A DNA stretch of 64,000 bases from Schizochytrium sp. TIO01 (taxonomy: Eukaryota > Protista > Bigyra: Labyrinthulomycetes): contig SMSO01000034.1 of the NCBI GenBank assembly GCA_004764695.1, forward strand, positions 1,612,001-1,676,000. The letters are read 5' to 3'. The position numbers and the translations under genes are program-made. Numbering within the stretch: position 1 is the stretch's first letter; each line of letters starts with the position of its first letter. Below the pieces are notes generated by a model that saw nothing but the letters and a program-made list of their open reading frames with translations, made no database searches and had not been told where the DNA came from. This document shows, piece after piece, positions 11,231-20,874 of the stretch.

Positions 11231-11830
11231 ACTCCTGGGTGTCTGCCTGCCCTTCCTCCGCAGCCAATCGCATGTGAGCAGGGTCCTTTACGATACGCAC
11301 GAAAAGGGTTCCCGTATGTTATGTGAGTTCACAAGAACTGCTTCTATTAAAGAATAGTGAATTGGAAAGGGGTTCCGCAAGCGTGGAAGGTCTAGCTAGT
11401 CAGAGAAAGTGGCAAGTAGAGGAACTAGGGGACCCTGAGGTTATTTACTTTGCTCACTATTTTGGTCTTGCAAGATTGATCAACTTTGAAGAACCTTGGG
11501 TGACGGCCAGCCTGAGAAGCCTCGAACTGGTGATCCCTTATAGTTCATATGATATTCACGGGGAGACCATTGGTAGCGACGTGCTGGTCTGGCACGATTT
11601 AGGACCCACCCATCCATGCACTGTCCTACGATGCCAGAACCAGCTGTCACCCATCAGTCCTTATCTGCGCGGGCAGTCTTCGCTTGCAAGAACTTGAACT
11701 ACTGCGCTCGAGATTTCGCAGTTGTAGCTGAGGTGAGAAGCAGGGCCCTGCCGGCTCGTGCACAAGTTGGAAACTCTGAAGCGGAGCCTTTGCTCAACAG
11801 CGTTGCTGAGACTCTGCAGAGCTTCGGCTG
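11231..11830 (+). pseudogene. Decayed F-box/LRR-like gene relic
   Basis: Frame-broken fragments CLPALPPQPI / CYVSSQELLLLKNS (F-box-like) and SLRSLELVI, CKNL, TALEIS, HKLETLK (LRR-like), with stops and frameshifts. Judged by eye. Confidence 0.3.
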
Positions 11831-13175
11831 AAGATTGCAGTTCTTGGCAAAACGAAGCAGCGGAGAACTCGGAGTTCTTTGACAAACCCTGAGTTCAAGA
11901 TCACGACCACCAAGGCTATCATGGTGCAGGGCAAGGTGTTATTCTTGCTGCAGCATGGTTTGCTTGTAGATCTTGTGGTGCAGCATGCTATGGGCAATAC
12001 GATCCGACAGCAAAGCAAAATAATGACTATAGTCAGGTAGTGTGCTTGACTTATTAATTGAAGATCCAAAAGGTTTGGGACAATTCTGGTATTCTTGGGG
12101 TTGGCGGCAGCAGAAGAGCCTAGATCCCATCTTACTATACTAGGTTTCACCATGTGTCATTCAGAACTCTTTCGAGTCAAGAAGATCATTGGGTTTTCGG
12201 AGTAATGTTTCTGGTTTGTGTGTTTTCTTATGGAGCGAGGTCTAGCATTCTTGCTGAGAAACACCTGTGATTCCCCACGCTCTGTAGGTGCTCGGTGCCC
12301 AGCTACGCTTGTCAGCTCTGAGTGACGCCCTTCCTGCCTAGAAATTGCTTAAGGTGCGAGGGAAAAAGGAAGAATAATTTGGCCTCCCTTGAAGTCTAAC
12401 TTTGCTCACTATTCTCCCGTTCGTGAGAGGCTGTCTCGTCTGACTCAGGCGTTTGCTTCACTTGCTTCTTGTCAAGCGCTGCGCTTTCGAAGCGCTGCAT
12501 GACTTGATGCCCAATTTGGAAGAGCCTCGAGACCACCCAGGTACATGCTGCGATACTTACTTATCATAGTGATAATGATCCACGACCACAGTTGAAACAA
12601 AAATTATCCGAGGAAGGCCTCGAAATAAAGAGCCCATAAGGCAAAGCATTATCAAGAGGTGCTCCAGCCTCACATTGCGGCGAATGAGGCTTCTGCGGAA
12701 CGAAGAAGCAAAGCACAGCAACGCTAAGCAACACGATTATGACAGGGTGAATCGAACAATACTTTCATCATAAAATAGATACTAATTGTGATAAGTGTCG
12801 AGATACTTACTTGACATTAGTAATGCTACTTAGGGTTTATTATAGTAAAGGTCGAAAAGAAAAGAAAAGTGAATAGTAATAAAAAGTAAGAGAGATAAAA
12901 GACAAGGAAACGCGCGACTACACGAGACCTGCGGCGGCGATCAAAACCCAATTGGAGCCACTCTGCATCTGGCACCCTCGAAGAATCACGTTGACGCACG
13001 CATTCAACAGTCACGCTAGGACTGTGTTCTAGCCCAACAATACCCCTGAGAAAGAGGTGAGGTCGGATAGCTTCGCGTTTCTCTCAAGTGAGGCGCAGAG
13101 CGACACGTCTATATTCCACAGCAGACTTTTATTTCAATCCCTCAATCAATTGTCAGATAGACATCTAGAGTAACG

Positions 13176-14225
13176 ATGATGCACAAGCACATGATGGCCG
13201 CCTCGATGCTGGCGAGGAGCGCGAAACTTGGCGCTGCTCGCAGCTTTTCTAACAGCACGAAGCACGCTGCGCTCCCTGCATGGGCCCAGATTCCGTGGCC
13301 CACGGCTGGCGAAATTCTGAACCAGCTTCCCGAGATCCAAGAGGCCTCCAGGACTCTTTCTCAGGGTCGGGATGTAATTCAAGCACACGTGGCTTTGACC
13401 AGAGCTACAGCCGATATTATGGGCAAGAATGCTGGAATGCATGAGAAGGGTACTGTCGATGCCTTCGTCTTGGCCAACCTAGTCACTGTAGCTGCTGGCG
13501 ACTTTGGGGCAGGTCGCAATGTGCTTGAAGCCCTTGCTGGATCTCCGCTCGTGGATGCAGCCTCAGTTGACGATGCCAAGAAGCGTCTTGAATTTCTTGA
13601 TGGAGCTGCCGTCCAGAGCGTCGAAAAGGCCCCTGAAATTGACACCTCTGCTGCTGACAAGGTCAAGGACTCTGAGGAACTGATGAAGCTCGTGGAGGAG
13701 GACCCTGAAGAAGCTCTTAATGTCGCTCGTGCCCTCACAGCCCGAGGCGACAAGGAGAGTCTCGGAATTGCTCTGGATGCCCTTGAGCAACTCAAGAACG
13801 TGTCCTTCGCAGCATCTCCTGACGAGTCTCCACTCAACATAGTGTCAAACGCTGCGGCGACCAAGATTCGCAAGAACATCGCCAAGTGCGTGTATGGCAT
13901 CGCTCTTGGAGAGTATGCTCATATCCTTCACAAGGAGGGCCAAGCAGTTTCGTCTGAGGGAATGTACACCTCTGCCATTGACGAGCTTCGCGGCTCCGTG
14001 CAAAATGGTCTCTCCCACCTCCGTAATGCTGCCACTCCTGCTCTCGTGCACGTTGCATACAACTATTCTTCCCTTTTAGAAGACTGGGAGAAACGTGAGG
14101 GCGAGGCAAAATCTATTCGTACGCAGAACTGCCCTCCTGAGGTCCAACCCTCCACTAGATGGGTGCTCGCAGACGTAAAGCCATGGTGCCATGGTATCAA
14201 GTTTCAGGAAGCCTCCAAACAGTAG
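13176..14225 (+). CDS. Mitochondrion-targeted hypothetical protein with a TPR-like C-terminal region
   Basis: 349-aa ATG-initiated ORF. Presequence-like MAASMLARSAKLGAARSFS; TPR-like ALGEYAHILHKEGQAVSSEGMYTSAID. Confidence 0.7.
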   Translation: MMHKHMMAASMLARSAKLGAARSFSNSTKHAALPAWAQIPWPTAGEILNQLPEIQEASRTLSQGRDVIQAHVALTRATADIMGKNAGMHEKGTVDAFVLANLVTVAAGDFGAGRNVLEALAGSPLVDAASVDDAKKRLEFLDGAAVQSVEKAPEIDTSAADKVKDSEELMKLVEEDPEEALNVARALTARGDKESLGIALDALEQLKNVSFAASPDESPLNIVSNAAATKIRKNIAKCVYGIALGEYAHILHKEGQAVSSEGMYTSAIDELRGSVQNGLSHLRNAATPALVHVAYNYSSLLEDWEKREGEAKSIRTQNCPPEVQPSTRWVLADVKPWCHGIKFQEASKQ

Positions 14226-14805
14226 ATTTACTTTCACAATATCAGATCACATTACATGTATGCAAACCTAAATTTTGGACTATCATAGTTTCATTTTCAT
14301 GTTTTCACGAAGCCTTCGCGAAAAATACTTTCTTGCTTGAATTCTGAATGTTAAAAGAATGAACCTTTTCTAATCGGATGTGCAAATCATATCAGCTGTT
14401 GCTAGCCTTTTGGAGCCAGATGCATGCTTGCATACTTGATAAGTAAACTACAGATATATTCTAGAAATGAGATAGCTAATGTTGTAGAGGGTGAACAATC
14501 AGGGCTGTATGTACATACAGAAATGTATAGCCAAAGTGGATGCGCATAGCGTGTCTTGATATGGCGCAACAGGACAGATTATGGGTGATGTATGGGAACT
14601 CGGGGCTTTGGGCTTTGAAAGGAAGCAAGGAGGATTTGCAGTTTGGACGCACGCACACATCAAATCTTCAATGTAGCTCTGGGCGATCATGAGGAAATGT
14701 TGAAGCGCCTCGCAAGAACTTGAAAACAGGAAATGACCGGCTACGATAAGTCTCTCTGTGTTTTCTAGCGAGCTAAGGTGCTAGTCAGTGTGTCGTCTCT
14801 TTGCA

Positions 14806-15147
14806 TTAAGAAGATGCCTTCTCAGGCTCAACAATGCGAGATTGCTTGAGATCACAGAGGCCAGTAGTGCATTCTTGCTCGTCATTGCTCACAATGCGCG
14901 ACTGCTGCAAATCGCAAATGCCCGTGGGGCAACTCTCCGTAATATTGATTTTGACACCTCTCTCCTTGGCTGCTGCGATGGCGGCTTCCATCATGGCAGC
15001 TTCGGCCTTCTCTTTCTCAATATCATGGAGAACATTCTGATACATCGTCCAGCGATCATTCTCTTGTGCCCAGTGCACATACACAACGGCGCTTGTGGTG
15101 AACACGCAGGATGCTGCAAGAACGAGCTTCGCTGTAGAGGATGCCAT
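14806..15147 (-). CDS. PET117: PET117 cytochrome c oxidase assembly factor with a duplicated Cys-rich C-terminal extension
   Basis: ATG at 15147: MASSTAKLVLAASCVFTTSAVVYVHWAQENDRWTMYQNVLHDIE matches the PET117 pattern (K..L..S...T...V..VH..Q..DR..(L/M)...V..DIE). 113 aa. Confidence 0.8.
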   Translation of the reverse strand: MASSTAKLVLAASCVFTTSAVVYVHWAQENDRWTMYQNVLHDIEKEKAEAAMMEAAIAAAKERGVKINITESCPTGICDLQQSRIVSNDEQECTTGLCDLKQSRIVEPEKASS

Positions 15148-16219
15148 GGCAGAAACTTTGCACTGAGAAAAGGGCTGAAGGTCTATACTTTTGACAGTGG
15201 TTGTTACTACGAGTGCCGACTTCGCCAGTTGACTCACTCCTACAACGACAACGACAACAACAACAGCAACGAAGCCGAGGAAGGACTTCGCCACAACTCG
15301 AGATTGTCCGCGGCCTTTTGGGCCACAGCAACAGTGCAGTAGGCAGTGCAAAAGAGGTCTAAACAAGAATAGGCCATTTGTGTGACATGCAGTGTCACGA
15401 TGTTTGTCAGCGTGAATTAGATGGTCCTCATAAACCTAAGATATCATAGCCTAACATCTAAGTCGATTGCAAAAGCGAAATGACATGTTAATTTGCTCAC
15501 CATACAAGAAGGCTCAATATGTCCTCTGAGTCTCTCTAATTTTTAAAGACTGATAATTCAATTTTGCAAATAAATTTTACCTATACCGGAGCGAAAGCAG
15601 TGTGCTGGGGCCATGAGATCTATGTAACTGGAGACAAAACGAGATTCGAGGTTCCCACCCAAGGAAAAGAGCTATAAATGCAAAACTCAAATTGTGAATA
15701 GTGTACATGATAAATTTCTTCAAGATTAAACGGACCTATAGGCGTAAGCTGGTTCGCGAAATAAGTGCTACAACATTTTCTATTGGCACTCTATATATCA
15801 TTGATTCCTTTTGTTTATGTACACAAATAGACTAATAGTAATGCCAAGGAAAGAAAATATGTAGCTTGTGAATTCAATGATCCACAGAGGATTTGATAAT
15901 TTCACATAATGTAAGGAGTTAAAAAGAAAAACCACAAAACACGAAGTGTAGTGTCGCCTTTCCGGTTCGGCGTCTTCCTCCGCATTGTCATCCTCATACC
16001 TTTCGCAAGACATCTTTAACTGTACAGTACCCATGCTATTCCCCTTTTGCTACCACAAATGCACAACCCCTTCGTTAGTTTCTGCACCCAAACGAAACCA
16101 GGCCCCCCAGTGTTCCTTGTCTTCATTCCTTTGCCCATAATAACTCCCTGCTAAACAAGCCAATCTCACCGCCAATACTAATCCCAGCTATCCAATTCGA
16201 TACCAAGGTCCCCTTGTTC

Positions 16220-16737
16220 CCAGCCCACGGCAGGTGACCTACCGTCGGGGGCTTTCCAAAATCGCCCCAAAAAGTGGCCTATTTTCAAAGAAAGTTAAAA
16301 AAAATTCCCGCCACCTTCCGTCTCGATCCTTTGAGAAAGGAGAGGCAGAGGGTGACGGGAATAAGGACTTCCGCTGATGTCTGTGAAGGACAAACAAGAG
16401 AGGATATATCCAACTATAAGGGCTCAAAACAACTCGTTGCCGATTCGCGTCCCAGAAGGGAGCGAATTGCTCATCAATGGCATGTTTCCGACGAGGTCGA
16501 AAGGCATGCCGAGGCTTCCCCCAAATTGACAACGAGGTCGACTTTTCATCGCCCGTAGAAGCTACGTCATCAACTGTAAAGTTGAAAACGGAAGTTGGAA
16601 ATATAGACTCGATCCTGTAGAGTGTGGTCTAATTTCGATTGTAACACTCCAGGCGTACTCAGAGCACACGGGCGGCGCTAGAGCTGCCGTGGGTTGGACC
16701 CTAGTATGGCTAGGGTACCTGTAGGGCCGAAGGCTTT
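16220..16737 (+). ncRNA. Candidate large structured non-coding RNA of unknown family
   Basis: Nested helices read by eye: 16220-16233/16684-16697 (14 bp), 16304-16324/16342-16362 plus apical 16327-16341, 16441-16469, 16478-16511, 16550-16556/16668-16674, 16570-16585 (GUAA loop), 16698-16716. No credible ORF. Most G-U pairs favour the + strand. Confidence 0.5.
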
Positions 16738-18536
16738 GAGGATGAGTGGATGCCGGGGCGCAGGACAAGGTGCTGGAGATGGAGGAGAGTGCGAGGATGA
16801 CTGGAAGCACTGCCTGGGAAGAGTGCTGGGAAAATGACTGGTTCGCCTTGCTTGAAGTTGGAATGTGCACTAAGATGACTGGTTACCAAGTTATTTTGGA
16901 CCTTTGGGAACGGTGGGAATGCCGAGAACTTTAACCGAAGCGCTCGCTTGTAATACTCCTCTGCAAGCTAACAAAGGTAAGCACCACGGTGTATTATCTA
17001 CTGCCAATAAGAAGTGGACTCCTAGTAGTAGTACCTGCTTTTCTTTCGAATGTTGGACCTTCATGATTATGGCCTACAAGTATGATTTGTTTGAAGAATT
17101 TTAGGTAACATCTAGAATTGTTGAGTTTGTTTAATTTAAATCTAAACATTTTAAATAGGCACACTTTGCCTTTTCCTTTCATTTAGTTTGATGCGTTGTC
17201 TTCACCGAAAGTTAGAAATTTGATTGTATGTAGTTTTAAGAAGAAATGGGCATTGGTTGGACAATTTTGGGTGTTATCAGGGTAAAACATGTTATCCTGA
17301 TCTCTATAACATCCGTTGAAAATTTTTTATTGCCTCCAGGAAAATTACATGAGATGTGATTGGTGGCAACATTTGAATCTCCGCGTGGAAGAAGCTAAAA
17401 TTAGTTTTTATCTTGTTGTGATAGGAGATCTTATAGATCTGCTACATTTATGAGATTACGACTTCATAATGTGTGATTTTTCAGAGCTAAACGCACTTTG
17501 CGAGCTTACGAGGACACATAAGAGCTGTCTACCGATAGACTACTTTGTATCTATTACAATATTATTCACAATATGATTTGAAACGCACCGTGACCTTTAA
17601 AAACATGACCCATAATTAAGCAAGGTCACAAATAACAAATATGAGAAAGCCAATGGAATAGTCAACATTTAGTAAGTCGTACGGAGTCTTTGGGGAATCG
17701 TAGAAGGATGAAAAATGAACACCCTGTTCATTAACTATGGCATAACTTTTGGGTTACGCACGAATTTTATCATATATAAAGCCAAGGTTGATAAAACAGA
17801 AACAGGCGAACTTATATTTCGCAATCGTTTCTTGACATCTGTGTTTTAAAGAAATCCTTCTCTCCTTACTCATAACAATTAGTTACTGTAACGAATCTAG
17901 ACAAATCCCTGTCTGAGACTAGGAATTCTAAAAGATATTACATTCCGGCATTGGTGTATACTAAACGTCAACGAAGCTTCAAGGTAGCGAGACCTCACCA
18001 AAATGAGAAAAGTTATCGACTAGCAATGTTTCAAAATTTCGTTTCGTTGGCATTTGATCTCAAATTGAGACCACAGAACGGTGCTAACTAGTTACAGCAA
18101 ATGCTTGAAAGATAGATGAATTTTACACGACTTGCATGAACTCCACCCCTCTCATCTCTCGTCTCAACTTTGACGTGACACAGTATTTAAGGAAAACACG
18201 TTAAAAGATGACTTGTGTGGCTCGAGTGCTTCTTTGAAACAAAAGACGCTGGAGGTCCATCGACCTTTTCTATGTTATAGTGAAGGTCAACGGAGTCAAC
18301 AAATGAGCGAAAGTATATGTACGATCAACAGTATTAAAAGAACAAATAATAATTTAGTTGAACAAAACAAAACGAAAGAATGAAATTGTATATATACATC
18401 TAGGTCTTGAAAAACATGAAAGCTTGAATATGGGAAAACTATAACTACCGTCCATGCTATAGGCATAGAGTTTATTTTCCCGTCTACTAAAGATATCTTT
18501 GTACAAACATTTACAAAGAGCTTGAAAGCGCGAATG

Positions 18537-20294
18537 CTACTGGGGGCTTCGTTCACGAAAAGTGCTTTCAACCCCTGATACTTCAGGGCCATCACAGAGG
18601 CGGGTGTTATCTAGATGACTCGAGCTAGACGCTCCACAACGGGGCTGAAAAAAGGTCTGTGATTTTCGAATTAAAAAAAGAGGGGTCTCGAGTGGCGAGA
18701 ATTGTGCGAGCGCTTCATTAAGCATAGCTTCTTCGTTATCATTTAAGAGCGACGCTCCAAGCATCCACTGTCTTGCACATGGTTGGCAAATGCCAGAGTG
18801 ACCGCATGGAAGGAATATAGTATCCGAAGGTCTGATCATACAAACTGCGCAGTCTAGGATTCCTTCTGAATGCTTTGAGTTTCCCTTTGGTGATGAGATA
18901 TGTGGTTGCGAATTGTCTTCCTCAACATGAACATTTGGATCATGTATTGAAACGAGCTGTGACACTGGATGACGGCACGTTATGCACGAGTTTAGCTTAC
19001 GGATCAGCAGCGTGCGCGGGGCACGTTCATGGCGAGTAGCTTCTAGGCGCAAATATGGCAGAACCACAAAGTCCATAACGATAACAATAACAAGAATGAT
19101 AAGTGCGTCCATGATCAAGGGAATGAAAATGGCGCCAAGACTACTTGGACCTGTGACAGTACCATTGAGAACCTTGATCGTATGAAACAGTGCCACAAAT
19201 GCACCCAAGATGACCATATCAAACGCTAGAATGCATGAAGTCGCGAGCAAGACGAAGGCTGATCGTTGCCTAGGCGATCCGTAGTAAGCCCCGTCGCCAA
19301 CCATTTCACGAAAAAGCCCATCGAGTTCCTCAGCCTGGCCGCGAATTGCTGTGGCAAGCCAGCCAGTGACAAGGCAACTTAGACCTATTGCTGCAATCGC
19401 CCAAAACACAAGCACAATCACCGGCCAGGCCAGAACCAACAACCAGCTGACATCAAGTTGGTCATCAATTTTCAGCGCTGCCAACACAAACGTTATTAGC
19501 GACAGCGTGTATACGGTAAGTTCAAGTCGTTTTGCAGACGTCCTAGCGCAACGACCCGTTGTTCCTGAAACAAATGAATTTTGGTCCTGTCTCCGAAGCA
19601 CTTCTCTGGGCGTACTCTTACAGAGATCTCTCGCGGAGAAGAGAACAAATACACTTAGACATCCCAGTACCGGTGCCAGCACTGCCTTTGCATCCCAGCG
19701 AGATCTATTTGCAGAAATTTCGGCCAGAGTTAATGCTAACGATATACTTCCGCTGCATACGAGTAAGATGGATTTAACATGAGTTTCTTCGTAACGACTC
19801 CGCAAAATTGCACCATCAACCTGAATCGCGATCTGTGTTTGTCCGAGATGTTGGGACGAAATCGCTGATGAGGGTGGTGTAGCAAGCTTAAGAGAACTCC
19901 GTCCAACACTCAAAGCTGCGCCGATGAACCACGGAGATGCGGCTGCAAACCATGGCCAAGACACAATTTCTGCAATTCGCATATATGTCGTAAGCAGAGC
20001 CACGAGCAAGTCCACAAGTAATAACACATTCAAAGCACGCACGGGGAGGCGAACCCCATCCCGTTGTGAGCTCAAGCGTTGTATACGAGCACGGTTGTCG
20101 CCATTCCTGCTGGCATTAGAGGAGTTTGGAGCGTTGGCGTTAGGATCAAGGCTCTGGTCGACTTGGCGGCGGCTGTGTTGGCCATCCTCTCCGTTTCCAG
20201 CGATATGTCGGAACGGGCCAAAGTCTAAACGCCGCTCGAGAGCAGAGCCTGGGCCAAGCAGCGGTGAGCCGAGGTCCGGCACCTCAAGCATCAT
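18537..20294 (-). CDS. Multi-pass membrane protein (TMEM185-like) with a RING-HC (C3HC4) zinc finger in permuted order
   Basis: Many hydrophobic segments, including the TMEM185-like ALKIDDQLDVSWLLVLAWP. RING ligands 1-6 are CAVC-x11-CGH-x3-CQPC; the only spare CxxC (CITCR) lies upstream of them. Confidence 0.8.
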   Translation of the reverse strand: MMLEVPDLGSPLLGPGSALERRLDFGPFRHIAGNGEDGQHSRRQVDQSLDPNANAPNSSNASRNGDNRARIQRLSSQRDGVRLPVRALNVLLLVDLLVALLTTYMRIAEIVSWPWFAAASPWFIGAALSVGRSSLKLATPPSSAISSQHLGQTQIAIQVDGAILRSRYEETHVKSILLVCSGSISLALTLAEISANRSRWDAKAVLAPVLGCLSVFVLFSARDLCKSTPREVLRRQDQNSFVSGTTGRCARTSAKRLELTVYTLSLITFVLAALKIDDQLDVSWLLVLAWPVIVLVFWAIAAIGLSCLVTGWLATAIRGQAEELDGLFREMVGDGAYYGSPRQRSAFVLLATSCILAFDMVILGAFVALFHTIKVLNGTVTGPSSLGAIFIPLIMDALIILVIVIVMDFVVLPYLRLEATRHERAPRTLLIRKLNSCITCRHPVSQLVSIHDPNVHVEEDNSQPHISSPKGNSKHSEGILDCAVCMIRPSDTIFLPCGHSGICQPCARQWMLGASLLNDNEEAMLNEALAQFSPLETPLFLIRKSQTFFQPRCGASSSSHLDNTRLCDGPEVSGVESTFRERSPQ

Positions 20295-20641
20295 CGGTGC
20301 CGGCCGCGCAGACCAGTAGAGGCCATGAATCGAGAACTGCTTCGCTAGCTGCAGACTTGCAACTTTGGGGCATTCGACATGCCCCCTCTACTACAGTTTA
20401 TATTATCTAGATACTACCAGTTCGTTTGTCCAAGTCCGATACGAATCGTTGTAATTACGAAGTTTACCTCCAAATTTATTTGCCCCTTAGGCTGAAAGTC
20501 TCCAGAACCTGGATGGGTGCTGGGGATTGAGAGTTGAGCCAGCTGTCTGTACTGGAAGCTGATTAACTAAGCGGCGTGCAGCCCCTTGCAACGCTGTTGA
20601 TGAAGCACATCCTCATGTGTACACGACAGTTAAATATATTA

Positions 20642-20725
20642 CAGCTAGCTAGCTAGCTAGCTAGTAGTAGCACTCTTACTACACTACCAGTACTACTACT
20701 ACTACTACTAGTAGTAGTAGTAGTA
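20642..20725. repeat. Compound microsatellite: (GCTA)n, then (TAC)n abutting (TAG)n as a perfect inverted repeat
   Basis: cagctagctagctagctagctag; tactactactactact|agtagtagtagtagta at 20694-20725. Confidence 0.95.
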
Positions 20726-20849
20726 TTAGCAGTTCTACCACTTGTACTACCATTTAATAGTAGTATGCAAATATCCCGATGATAGCCTACTAGGTGAGTC
20801 ATAGGTGGGTACTAGCATAAGTAGAATTCTTTCAAGAGAATGCTTTATA

Positions 20850-20874
20850 CTAAGTAAGTAAGTAAGTAAGTAAG
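20850..20874. repeat. (TAAG)n microsatellite
   Basis: About six copies of taag. Confidence 0.95.

Noticed and set aside
12552-12812. Two GATACTTACTT motifs resembling the U1 snRNA 5' end (ATACTTACCTG)
   Set aside because: Mismatch in the core and no U1 stem-loops or Sm site follow; they read equally well as minus-strand GTAAGT donor-like or TAAG-repeat sequence.
16256-16272. CCAAAATCGCCCCAAAA as a telomerase template within the structured element
   Set aside because: It would imply an unusual 11-nt telomere repeat (TTTTGGGGCGA), and no CCTAA/CCCTAA-type template is present. Revisit only if chromosome ends carry that repeat.
16370-16400. Hammerhead-like CTGATG...GACAAAC
   Set aside because: Neither CUGAnGA nor GAAA is intact, and stems I and III with a cleavage triplet cannot be formed.
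16600-16720. Group I (R/S-like AGACTC...AGAGTGTGGTCT) or group II domain V-like (GAGCTG...TGGCT) motifs
   Set aside because: No room for P3/P8 between the R- and S-like parts, no GUGYG start, non-canonical domain V geometry, and no host gene.
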